DNA of 47,736 nucleotides. Origin: a virus. A program made the translations under genes and the position numbers. Below, in pieces: positions 18,665 to 26,524 of the stretch; within the stretch, counting starts at the first letter, position 1, and every line of letters starts with the position of its first letter. The notes under the pieces were generated by a model that did no database searches, was not told where the DNA came from, and saw only the letters and a list, made by a program, of their open reading frames with translations. Location of the stretch: the IMG/VR virus record IMGVR_UViG_3300045988_059397, one strand, 5' to 3'.

Positions 18665-19414
18665 ATGGCCGCATTTATCAACAACGACATCACCGCCGCG
18701 GGCCTTCTCGTTCTGGCGAAGGGCGTGGCGGGCCAGCAGATCAACTACACCAAGATCGTCCTCGGCGACGGCTACCTCGAGGAGGGCCAGACGCCCCGCT
18801 CCCTCACCGGCGTGGTCAGCCCGAAGGCGACCATCGACATCACCAAATGCGTCGTGAACGGCGACGGCACCGTCACCGTGGGCGGCGTGTTCACCAACGA
18901 CCAGACCAACGACGGCTTTTACTACCGCGAGCTCGGCCTCTATGCGGACGATCCCGACGAGGACGTAGGCGAGGTGCTGTACTGCTACGGCAACTGCGGC
19001 GACCTCGCCGAGTGGATCCCGCCGACCGGCGGCGCCACCATCGTCGAGAAAACCATCGACATCGTCACCGCCATCGGCACGGCCACCAACGTGACCGCCT
19101 ACATCCCCGCGGACGCCTACGCCACCAAGGAGGACTACGAAAACTACAAGGCCATCGCCCTCGCGGCGCAGGCCACGGCCAATCAGGCCATCCTCCTCGC
19201 GCAGCAGGCGGTCGAGATCGCGCAGCAGGCCGCGGCCGCCGTGATCGACCTGAGCAACGTCGTCCAGCAGAACACCAGCAAGATCACGACCCTGTGGGAC
19301 GCTGTGTTCGGCGACATCACGACCAACCCCTTCCAGATCACTTTTGCCAATCTGGACGGCATCACCCTCACCTCTGGCGTCTGGAACGCTACGCTTCAGC
19401 GCCTCGAGTGCTAA
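18665..19414 (+). CDS. Tail fibre protein (tail-collar-type N-terminal domain plus coiled coil)
   Basis: 249 aa. 'ITAAGLLVLAKGVAGQQINYTKIVLGDG...FYYRELGLYADD' resembles the fibre N-terminal domain. Ala/Gln-rich coiled coil in the C-terminal half. Confidence 0.65.
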   Translation: MAAFINNDITAAGLLVLAKGVAGQQINYTKIVLGDGYLEEGQTPRSLTGVVSPKATIDITKCVVNGDGTVTVGGVFTNDQTNDGFYYRELGLYADDPDEDVGEVLYCYGNCGDLAEWIPPTGGATIVEKTIDIVTAIGTATNVTAYIPADAYATKEDYENYKAIALAAQATANQAILLAQQAVEIAQQAAAAVIDLSNVVQQNTSKITTLWDAVFGDITTNPFQITFANLDGITLTSGVWNATLQRLEC

Positions 19415-19417
19415 GCC

Positions 19418-19672
19418 ATGGACGGCTACGGCTACACGCCGATCCCGCCCGCAGAGGCGTCCTGCATCATCGCGCACCTGTTTGTCGAGCTGGCGCCGCC
19501 CTGCTCATGCTGCAAGCGTGAGGACGGCGTGATCGTCATTCAGGGCACCGCCTACGACGGCACCGGCGCGAGGATCACCATCAAAGGGGAGGAGGTGAGG
19601 TACTACGGCAAGCAACGGACACTCGCGGCCATACGAGCGGGCCAATGTAGGCCGCCCGCCCTTCGGCCGTGA
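19418..19672 (+). CDS. Hypothetical Cys-containing small protein
   Basis: 84 aa ORF with a weak RBS, filling the gap between the fibre gene and avd. Confidence 0.3.
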   Translation: MDGYGYTPIPPAEASCIIAHLFVELAPPCSCCKREDGVIVIQGTAYDGTGARITIKGEEVRYYGKQRTLAAIRAGQCRPPALRP

Positions 19673-19685
19673 AAAGCTCCCGGAG

Positions 19686-20084
19686 ATGCAGGTCATCAGC
19701 GACGCCAAGGAGCTCGAGAAGCACACCTACATCAAGACGCGCAACCCGAACATCTTCCCCAAGAAGGAACGGCTCGGGCTGGCGCAACGGATGATGAACG
19801 AGGCCAGCGACCTCGTCGCCGACCTGATGGAAGCCAACGACCTGCTCCTGACAGACCCGCAGGAGCGGGAGCTGCGATACCGGGCGCAACGCTCGGCCCT
19901 GCGCAACTGCCGGAAACTGATCCACCACATCGAGCTCGCCCATGAGATCCTCAGCGGGCTCGGCGACGACGCCTTTGCACACTGGTCGCGGATGGCGGCC
20001 GGCGTCAAAAATCAGACCGCTAAATGGTACAAATCCGATAAAGAAAGGGCCGCCAAGATGGACGCGCAGGCGCGTCATCAATAG
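19686..20084 (+). CDS. avd: DGR accessory variability determinant (Avd-like four-helix-bundle protein)
   Basis: 132 aa, basic and all-helical. Lies immediately 5' of the template repeat and the RT, which is the position and size typical of Avd. Confidence 0.7.
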   Translation: MQVISDAKELEKHTYIKTRNPNIFPKKERLGLAQRMMNEASDLVADLMEANDLLLTDPQERELRYRAQRSALRNCRKLIHHIELAHEILSGLGDDAFAHWSRMAAGVKNQTAKWYKSDKERAAKMDAQARHQ

Positions 20085-20114
20085 GCAGCCCGTGGGGTAC
20101 GCCTTGTTTTTTCG

Positions 20115-20209
20115 TGCCGGGTCGGCCAACAACGCCCGCAACGTCAATTCCGACGGCACGCTGAACAGGAACAACGCCTACAACGGCAACAACGGCCTGC
20201 GCCCCGCTT
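20115..20209 (+). repeat. DGR template repeat (TR)
   Basis: 95 nt collinear with VR1 (22181-22275); its 3' 79 nt are collinear with VR2 (32323-32401). Contains 24 adenines, mostly as in-frame AAC x9, AAT and AGG. Ends in GC-rich GGCCTGCGCCCCGCTT. Confidence 0.9.
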
Positions 20210-20232
20210 CGATGGATAGCCCGACTTATTAA

Positions 20233-20250
20233 CCGGCCGGAGACGGCCGG
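20233..20250 (+). ncRNA. GC hairpin in the TR-RT spacer (candidate structural element of the DGR RNA)
   Basis: CCGGCCGgagaCGGCCGG: 7-bp stem with a GAGA tetraloop, 24 nt after the TR end. Confidence 0.4.
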
Positions 20251-20403
20251 CGAACACTGCGCACCATCATCCAAGGAAGGCGTATCCCTCCCGCACCCGG
20301 CGCCGTATGACCGGCCCGGCCATGGGTAAACACAGGACTGCCGATGCTCCCGGCGGCGCACGCAAAGCGTGGCCGGAGCTGCCGACGGCAGAGATTTTTT
20401 CGC

Positions 20404-21666
20404 ATGGAGAACATCGTCAACAGCTTCAACTCGCTATACAAAGCATACCGCAAGACCCGCTGCGGGAAGCGGGACAACCCCACGGCCATGCGCTACCGCA
20501 TGGAGGCCATCGAGCGCACGGCCGACCTCTCTGACCGCCTCCAGCGGCGCGAGTACACCTTCGGGCCCTACTATCCCTTCAAGGTGTACGAGCCGAAGGA
20601 GCGGCTCGTCCTTGCCATAGACTTCGAGGGCAAAGTCGTCCAGCACTCGCTCTGCGACAACGTCCTCGAGCCCGTATTCTCCCGGCGCTTTATCCGGGAC
20701 AACTATGCGGGGCAGATCAGCAAAGGCACCCACGACGGCCTCGACCGTCTGGCCGGCGCCATGCGCCACTACTTTTTCAGCCGGAAGGCAGCAGACGATG
20801 AGGCCCGGCGGGCCGCCGGCCTGCCATACCGGCCGATGGAGGAGTGGGACTACGCCGAGGGCTGGGTGCTGAAAGGTGACTTTTCCAAGTTCTTTTACAC
20901 CCTGCTGCACGCCGTCTGCTTCGAGAAGGCCCGCAAGGCTCTGGCCTTCCTGTCTGACGAGGAGCTGATCGACTTCGTCGAGTGGCTGCTCTGGATCGTC
21001 ATCGACAGCACGCCAGACCCCGGGATCCCAATCGGCAACCAGTCGAGCCAACTGCTCGCCCTGCTCTATCTGGACGACTTCGACCACTGGCTGCGGGATG
21101 ACCTCGGCCTCGTCTATGGCCGTTACATGGACGACTTCTACATCATCAGCAGCGACAAGCTGCTGCTCCGGGAGATCCTCAAGCGGATCGAGGAGTACAT
21201 CAAGCCGCTGGGCCTGCGCCTGAACGGCAAGACGCAGATCTTCCCGCTCAAGAATGGCATCGACTTCCTCGGCTTCCACACCTACCTCACGAGCACCGGC
21301 AAGGTGGTCAGAAAGGTGAGGGCCAAGAGCATCGACAACATGAAGCGGAAGATCCGCAAGTTCCGCGGCCTCGTGGACAGGGGCAAGATGACGCTCGAGA
21401 GCGTGAGCCAATCCTACGCAAGCTGGACGGGCCACATCTCGCACGGCAACACCTACCACCTACGGCAGAACATGGACGCCTATTTCTTCGCATACTTCCC
21501 GGAGCTAAAACCTACCGAAAGGAGACAAGACTCATGCCTCAAACCCTTGGAAGCCTTGCCAACAAGGCAAAAATCAAGTTCGGCAGCCTCTACGGCGCGC
21601 CGATCATCTGGATCAAGGCCGACAAAAACCACGCCGGCTACCCCTCCAACAGCGTCACCCTCGTGA
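20404..21666 (+). CDS. DGR reverse transcriptase
   Basis: Starts at MENIVNSFNSLYKAY. Carries the DGR-specific 'IGNQSSQ' motif and the catalytic 'YMDD'. The 3' end overlaps the target gene by 133 nt. Confidence 0.9.
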   Translation: MENIVNSFNSLYKAYRKTRCGKRDNPTAMRYRMEAIERTADLSDRLQRREYTFGPYYPFKVYEPKERLVLAIDFEGKVVQHSLCDNVLEPVFSRRFIRDNYAGQISKGTHDGLDRLAGAMRHYFFSRKAADDEARRAAGLPYRPMEEWDYAEGWVLKGDFSKFFYTLLHAVCFEKARKALAFLSDEELIDFVEWLLWIVIDSTPDPGIPIGNQSSQLLALLYLDDFDHWLRDDLGLVYGRYMDDFYIISSDKLLLREILKRIEEYIKPLGLRLNGKTQIFPLKNGIDFLGFHTYLTSTGKVVRKVRAKSIDNMKRKIRKFRGLVDRGKMTLESVSQSYASWTGHISHGNTYHLRQNMDAYFFAYFPELKPTERRQDSCLKPLEALPTRQKSSSAASTARRSSGSRPTKTTPATPPTASPS

Positions 21667-23237
21667 CCAACCAGATCATCAAGCTGCTGTGCTTCGACGC
21701 GATGGAGCCGGCCAACGGCAACAGCGACCGCCGAAACTACGGCAATAACCGCTACATCTACTCCAACCTGCGCCAGTGGCTCAACAGCGACAAGGGCGCG
21801 GGCCAGTGGTACACCGCGCAGCACTCGGCGGATCAGGCTCCCGACTCGTCCCACGTCTGGAGCGGCTACAACCCCTACAACACCATCGCCGGCTTCCTCA
21901 ACGGCTTCACGGCCAACGAGCGGGCCGCCCTGCTCGCCACCACCATCACCGTCGGCAAGAGCTCCACGGACGGCGGCGGGACGGAGACCTGTGTGGACAA
22001 GGTTTTCCCCCTGTCCTGCACCGAGGTCAACCTCTCGGGCGACCATGTGTGCGGCAACAAGCTGGCGATATTCAGCGACAACTCCAGCCGCATCGCTACC
22101 GTCTCGGCCTCGGCCGCTGCCAACTCCAACTACGATGTCGACGCCAATCAGGCGTGGTACTACTGGCTGCGGGACGCCTATGCCGGGTCGGCCGTCAGCG
22201 CCCGCCGCGTCTTTTCCGACGGCACGCTGTACTGGGACCGCGCCTACGACGGCAGCTTCGGCCTGCGCCCCGCTTGTAATCTGTCCTCTGATCTCCTGGT
22301 CTCCGACACCACCGACTCGGACGGCTGCTACACAATCGTCTACAACCAGCCGCCCACGGCCCCCGGCACCATCACTGTCCCGAGCGAGGTCATCGGCGGC
22401 GAAAACCTGAGCATCTCGTGGGGACAGTCGACCGATCCCGACGGCAACCTCTCCGGCTACAAGCTGGAGCGCAAGGTGGACGACGGCACATGGGCGCAGA
22501 TTTACAGCGGCAGCTCCCGGAGCTACACCGACTCCATCACCTACGGATGGACGAGCGTGCAGTACCGCGTCAAGGCATACGACTCGGCCGGGGCCGAGAG
22601 CGCCTACACCACCAGCGCCGTGCGCACCGTCACCAACAACCGGCCGCCCGTCATCAGCGGCAGCGACACCGACCTCGGCAGCTTCACCACCACGCCGCCA
22701 TCCTACGAGTACACCGTCACCGACGCCGACGGCCATCAGGTCACGGTCGTGGAGAAGCTGGACACCACCACGCTGCGCACCTACACGGCCACCCTCGGCG
22801 ACACCAACGAGCTCGAGATCACGGCCGACCAGTGGCTCAAGCTGCTGAACGGCGACCACACCCTGACCATCACCGCCACCGACGCCAAGAACGAGAGCAC
22901 CGTGCGCACCCTGTCCTTCGACAAGGCCATGCACTCGGTCGAGTTCGAGCAGACCGTGGCGATGGCGGCCGACGATATGCCGACCAAGGCCCTCGTCAAT
23001 ATTCAGGGCAGCTTCCCGACCGGCAGCACCCTTCAGGTCTGGATCTGCAACAACGGCAACGACGCCGAGCCCACATGGGAGGACATCACCACCAAGGCCC
23101 TGACCAGCCAGAAGCACTTTTTCACCAACCAGACCAAGACCGCCGCAAGCTGGGGCGTGAAGATCAAGGTCAAGCTCCTGCGCGGCTCGGCCGAGGGCGA
23201 CTGCTACATCCAGTCGGTCGGCGGCAACTTCGCATAA
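21534..23237 (+). CDS. DGR target protein 1: N-terminal variable ligand-binding domain plus FN3/Ig-like domains (putative receptor-binding or tail-fibre protein)
   Basis: 567 aa with a strong RBS (AAAGGAGAC). VR1 encodes aa 217-248 ('AGSAVSARRVFSDGTLYWDRAYDGSFGLRPAC'). FN3-like 'PPTAPGTITVP...LSISWGQSTDPDGNLSGYKLERKVDDGTWAQIY' follows. Confidence 0.85.
   Translation: MPQTLGSLANKAKIKFGSLYGAPIIWIKADKNHAGYPSNSVTLVTNQIIKLLCFDAMEPANGNSDRRNYGNNRYIYSNLRQWLNSDKGAGQWYTAQHSADQAPDSSHVWSGYNPYNTIAGFLNGFTANERAALLATTITVGKSSTDGGGTETCVDKVFPLSCTEVNLSGDHVCGNKLAIFSDNSSRIATVSASAAANSNYDVDANQAWYYWLRDAYAGSAVSARRVFSDGTLYWDRAYDGSFGLRPACNLSSDLLVSDTTDSDGCYTIVYNQPPTAPGTITVPSEVIGGENLSISWGQSTDPDGNLSGYKLERKVDDGTWAQIYSGSSRSYTDSITYGWTSVQYRVKAYDSAGAESAYTTSAVRTVTNNRPPVISGSDTDLGSFTTTPPSYEYTVTDADGHQVTVVEKLDTTTLRTYTATLGDTNELEITADQWLKLLNGDHTLTITATDAKNESTVRTLSFDKAMHSVEFEQTVAMAADDMPTKALVNIQGSFPTGSTLQVWICNNGNDAEPTWEDITTKALTSQKHFFTNQTKTAASWGVKIKVKLLRGSAEGDCYIQSVGGNFA
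22181..22275 (+). repeat. DGR variable repeat 1 (VR1)
   Basis: 79/95 identical to the TR. All 16 mismatches lie at TR adenines: 20128, 29, 32, 40, 41, 46, 47, 64, 67, 70, 73, 74, 82, 89, 91, 92. Confidence 0.9.
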
Positions 23238-23270
23238 ACCAACACCCCAAGACCAGAAAGGAGGAGCAGC

Positions 23271-23435
23271 ATGGTCTACTTCATGGAACACAGCATCAAA
23301 GCCATCCACGAGAAGGAGCAGGCCGCCGTCGGCGGCGGGGGCGGCACCTCTCCCGAGGACAAGGAGCGGATCACCAAGCTCGAGGACGAGCTCGATGACC
23401 TGTCCGGCGCAATCGAGAGGGGGCTGACCACATGA
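23271..23435 (+). CDS. Small hypothetical protein (54 aa, below the ORF-track cutoff)
   Basis: ATG 6 nt after AAAGGAGGAG. MVYFMEHSIKAIHEKEQAAVGGGGGTSPEDKERITKLEDELDDLSGAIERGLTT. ATGA overlap with the next gene. Confidence 0.5.
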   Translation: MVYFMEHSIKAIHEKEQAAVGGGGGTSPEDKERITKLEDELDDLSGAIERGLTT

Positions 23436-24184
23436 GCAACAAGTACAGCGGCCTCGAGGCAGCCCTGCGCAGCGCCCGCATGACCTTCGTGAGCGAGGCC
23501 AACGCCGGCGACCGCACCGGCACCGAGATCATCGCCTGCGAGGATCTGCTGCCGGCGTGGACGAAGGCCGGCCCCAAGGGGGACGGCAGCCACGAGGTCG
23601 GCGAAGCCTGCACCCACGACGGGCAGAGCTGGCGCTGCTGCCAAGCCCACAACACCAACAACAACCCGGACATCGAGCCGGGCAATAGCCCCGCACAGTG
23701 GGCCCCGTATCATACCACCGACCCGACCAAGGCCAAGGCGTTCATCCAGCCAACGGGCGCCCACGACGCCTACATGAAGGGCGAGTGCTGCCTGTGGACG
23801 GATGGCAAGGTCTACCGCTCCATCATGGAAACGGCCAACGCATACAGCCCGGCGGCCTACCCGCAAGGCTGGGAGGAAGTGACCGCCGCAGGTGATCCCG
23901 GCACGACCCCGGAACCGGGCACAGAGCCGGAACCAGAAACACCCACGGAGCCCGGCACAGAGCAGGAACCGGGGCAAGATCCTGAAACCGGCGGCGAGGA
24001 GACGGGAGAAACCGTCCCGGCCTTCGTCCAGCCTACCGGCGCGCATGACGCCTACCAAACCGGCGACCGCGTGACCTACAACGGCCAGATCTACGAGAGC
24101 ACCATCGACAACAACGTCTGGTCGCCGGACACCTACCCGCAGGGCTGGGAGGTCGTCGAGGTCGAGGATGGAGGTGCAGCATGA
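23432..24184 (+). CDS. Carbohydrate-binding protein with three CBM5/12-like repeats
   Basis: 250 aa. Repeated 'QPTGAHDAY(M/Q)(K/T)G(E/D)...Y...W(S)P..YPQGWE(E/V)V' motifs separated by a Pro/Glu/Thr linker. Confidence 0.6.
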   Translation: MSNKYSGLEAALRSARMTFVSEANAGDRTGTEIIACEDLLPAWTKAGPKGDGSHEVGEACTHDGQSWRCCQAHNTNNNPDIEPGNSPAQWAPYHTTDPTKAKAFIQPTGAHDAYMKGECCLWTDGKVYRSIMETANAYSPAAYPQGWEEVTAAGDPGTTPEPGTEPEPETPTEPGTEQEPGQDPETGGEETGETVPAFVQPTGAHDAYQTGDRVTYNGQIYESTIDNNVWSPDTYPQGWEVVEVEDGGAA

Positions 24185-24501
24185 TCCAGCTTGACATCGG
24201 GCAGCTCGTGGCCCTCATGGGGATCCCGTCGGCCATCACGGGCCTGTGCTTCTGGATGATCCAGAGGCAGCTCTCCAAGAGGGACGCAGAGCTCGACCGG
24301 CGCGACGCCGCCCGGGAGAGAAACGAGGTGCTGCTCGTGCGCAGCGTGGGGGCCGCCATCGCACTCGGCGAGGCCACGGCCACCGCACTGAAGAACGGCC
24401 ACGCCAACGGAGAGACCGAGGCGGCCCTCCAGTACGCGCAGAAGATCAAACACGAGCAGAAGGACTTCCTCACCGAGCAGGGCATCCACGCGATCTACTG
24501 A
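24181..24501 (+). CDS. Small membrane protein (one N-terminal TM helix); possible holin or holin accessory
   Basis: 106 aa. 'LVALMGIPSAITGLCFWMI' is a TM segment. First gene of the lysis cluster. Confidence 0.45.
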   Translation: MIQLDIGQLVALMGIPSAITGLCFWMIQRQLSKRDAELDRRDAARERNEVLLVRSVGAAIALGEATATALKNGHANGETEAALQYAQKIKHEQKDFLTEQGIHAIY

Positions 24502-24515
24502 GGGAGGTGACACCC

Positions 24516-24848
24516 ATGGGAAGATACCGGCGCAAGCGGGAGGCCAAGGTCCGACGCAGGCCGTGGGAGTTCTCGAAGAAGCTGGCGGCGTGGGCCGTCC
24601 TCGTCGCAACTGCCGCGGCCGTGGCGTCCTATGTGCTGGCCTTCCGCGATCAGCAGACCGCCAGCGATGTCACGACCACCATCTTCACGGCCTGCATCGG
24701 CTACCTCGTGAGCTATGCGGCCAAGTCGGCCACCGAGAAGATCAGCCGCAACCGGCACGGCCTCGACGCTGATGGCAACCCCATCAGCGGGGCCGGCGTC
24801 GGAGAGTACACCACCACAACCACATCAGACAAGGAGGCAAAAGGATGA
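24516..24848 (+). CDS. Two-TM membrane protein (possible holin/antiholin)
   Basis: ATG at 24516 after GGGAGGTG. 'LAAWAVLVATAAAVASYVLAF' and 'TTIFTACIGYLVSYAA' are hydrophobic segments. Confidence 0.45.
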   Translation: MGRYRRKREAKVRRRPWEFSKKLAAWAVLVATAAAVASYVLAFRDQQTASDVTTTIFTACIGYLVSYAAKSATEKISRNRHGLDADGNPISGAGVGEYTTTTTSDKEAKG

Positions 24849-25159
24849 ACATGATCGACATCACCCCCATCGTCAACGCCGTCATCGCGCTGCTCGCCGC
24901 AGGCGTCAGCGTGTTCCTGATCCCGTGGATCAAGAGCAAGACCACCGACGCGCAGCGCAAGGAGCTGCTCGAGTGGGTCAAGATCGGCGTCGCCGCAGCC
25001 GAGCAGCTCTATGAGGGGCAGGGCCGCGGCGAGGAAAAGAAGAAGTACGTCCTCGAGTTCCTCGCGTCCATGGGCTTCACCGTGGACGAGGAGGCCGTCA
25101 ACGCGGCCATCGAGGCGGCAGTCAACCAGCTCAACGGCGGCAACCTGCCGCTCGAATAA
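24845..25159 (+). CDS. Holin, LL-H-like family
   Basis: 104 aa. N-terminal TM 'IVNAVIALLAAGVSVFLIPWI', then 'VKIGVAAAEQLY...KKKYVLEFL...AIEAAVNQL', typical of LL-H-type holins. Confidence 0.65.
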   Translation: MNMIDITPIVNAVIALLAAGVSVFLIPWIKSKTTDAQRKELLEWVKIGVAAAEQLYEGQGRGEEKKKYVLEFLASMGFTVDEEAVNAAIEAAVNQLNGGNLPLE

Positions 25160-25167
25160 CCAGCAAA

Positions 25168-25198
25168 GGGCGGGCCAACACGGCCCGCCCTTCATTTT
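25168..25198 (+). terminator. Rho-independent terminator after the holin gene
   Basis: GGGCGGGCCaacacGGCCCGCCCttcatttt: 9-bp GC stem. Confidence 0.7.
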
Positions 25199-25217
25199 GC
25201 AAAGGAGGCACAAAGAC

Positions 25218-25415
25218 ATGAGCGAGAACAAAAAGCCCGCGCTGAATATGCGCTACTACAACGGAGAGATCGACGACGACCTTCCCTACACCGGCGTGCT
25301 CAACTACGACGAGGAGACCGGCCTGATCTACGACGAGGACGGCGATGTCGTGGATGAAAAGACCCTTGACGCCATGCTCGACGGTGACGGAAAGGGGGAT
25401 GACGAGGATGAGTAA
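25218..25415 (+). CDS. Small acidic hypothetical protein
   Basis: 65 aa. ATG 8 nt after AAAGGAGG. Asp/Glu-rich. Confidence 0.5.
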   Translation: MSENKKPALNMRYYNGEIDDDLPYTGVLNYDEETGLIYDEDGDVVDEKTLDAMLDGDGKGDDEDE

Positions 25416-26403
25416 CAGCACTCTGATCTCCTACACCAAGCTCAGCCCCAACCACTCGGGCAAGCGCACCAAAAAGATCGACACCATCACGATCCACTGT
25501 ATGGCCGGCCAGCTCTCCGTCGAGAGCTGCGGCGCTCTGTTTGCTAAGAGCAGCCGGCAGGCGTCCAGCAACTACGGCATCGGCCCCGACGGCCGCATCG
25601 CCCTCTATGTGGACGAGAGCAACCGCTCGTGGTGCACGTCGTCCAACGCCAACGACCAGCGTGCCGTCACCATCGAGGTCGCCAGCGACGCGACGCACCC
25701 CTACGCCGTCAGAGATAAGGCATACGACGCGCTGCTGGATCTCGTGACCGACATCTGCAAGCGCAACGGCATCAAGAAGCTCGTCTGGTCTACCAGCAAA
25801 AACAACCGCGTCGGCCACCTGAACGGCTGCAACATGACAGTGCACCGGGACTATGCGGCGAAAGCCTGCCCGGGCGACTACCTCTACAACCTGCAAGACG
25901 AGATCGCGGCCGAAGTCAACCGTCAGCTCGGCTCCGGCAGCAGCACACCCTCCACCGGGGGAACCACCGGCAGCGCCGCCGACATCAAGGTCGGCGACGT
26001 GGTGGAGTTTACCGGCTCCAAGCACTACGTCAGCGCCACGGCCACGAGCGCGTCGAGCTGCAAGCCCGGCAAGGCTAAGGTCACGGCCATCGCCAAGGGC
26101 AAGGCGCACCCCTACCACCTGATCGCCGTATCCGGCGGCGGCTCCACCGTGTACGGGTGGACGGACGCGGCAGACATCAAGACCAGCAGCAGCTCTACGG
26201 CCACCTCGTACCTCGTGAAGGTGACGACCGACGTGCTGAACATCCGCAAGGGCCCCGGCACCAACTACGGCACCAACGGGGACATCCGCGACAAGGGCGT
26301 CTACACCATCGTCGCCGAGAGCGACGGGCCCGGGGCCTCCAAGTGGGGCAAGCTCAAGAGCGGGGCCGGCTGGATCTCGCTGGACTACGCCAAGAAGGTC
26401 TAA
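25408..26403 (+). CDS. Endolysin: N-acetylmuramoyl-L-alanine amidase (amidase_2/PGRP-type) plus SH3-like cell-wall-binding repeats
   Basis: 331 aa. 'IDTITIHCMAG...SSNYGIGPDGRI...DQRAVTIEV...HRDYAAKACPG' are amidase_2 motifs. The C-terminal half has two SH3b-like segments ('LNIRKGPGTNYG...WGKL..GAGWISLDY'). Confidence 0.85.
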   Translation: MSNSTLISYTKLSPNHSGKRTKKIDTITIHCMAGQLSVESCGALFAKSSRQASSNYGIGPDGRIALYVDESNRSWCTSSNANDQRAVTIEVASDATHPYAVRDKAYDALLDLVTDICKRNGIKKLVWSTSKNNRVGHLNGCNMTVHRDYAAKACPGDYLYNLQDEIAAEVNRQLGSGSSTPSTGGTTGSAADIKVGDVVEFTGSKHYVSATATSASSCKPGKAKVTAIAKGKAHPYHLIAVSGGGSTVYGWTDAADIKTSSSSTATSYLVKVTTDVLNIRKGPGTNYGTNGDIRDKGVYTIVAESDGPGASKWGKLKSGAGWISLDYAKKV

Positions 26404-26472
26404 TTGTGCAACTTGCCACCGGCGCGGCGCGGATCGGCGCCGGCCAGAAGCTCTGAAACCGTCAGAACGCAC

Positions 26473-26512
26473 AAAAAGAGCCCGCTCGGGAGTGATCCCG
26501 GGCGGGCTTTTT
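26473..26512. terminator. Bidirectional rho-independent terminator between the convergent endolysin and TM2 genes
   Basis: aaaaaGAGCCCGCTCGGGAgtgaTCCCGGGCGGGCTttttt: 13-bp stem flanked by an A-run and a T-run. Confidence 0.8.
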
Positions 26513-26524
26513 CTGTTTATGCAC

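Noticed and set aside
19942-20232. 96-aa ORF running through the template repeat ('...SANNARNVNSDGTLNRNNAYNGNNGLRPAS...').
   Set aside because: It overlaps the avd 3' end out of frame and has no RBS. The Asn-rich reading frame is simply the TR copy of the VR coding frame, so I treat the TR as RNA template rather than as a gene.
22276-22340. Looked for the GC-rich hairpin/cruciform reported downstream of the VR in the Bordetella phage DGR, after both VR1 and VR2 (32402-32470).
   Set aside because: No clear stable stem-loop was seen by eye. The similarity between the two post-VR stretches (tctg..c.c.gatctcctg.tctccg) is explained by the conserved protein motif L(S/D)SDLL(V/I)S.
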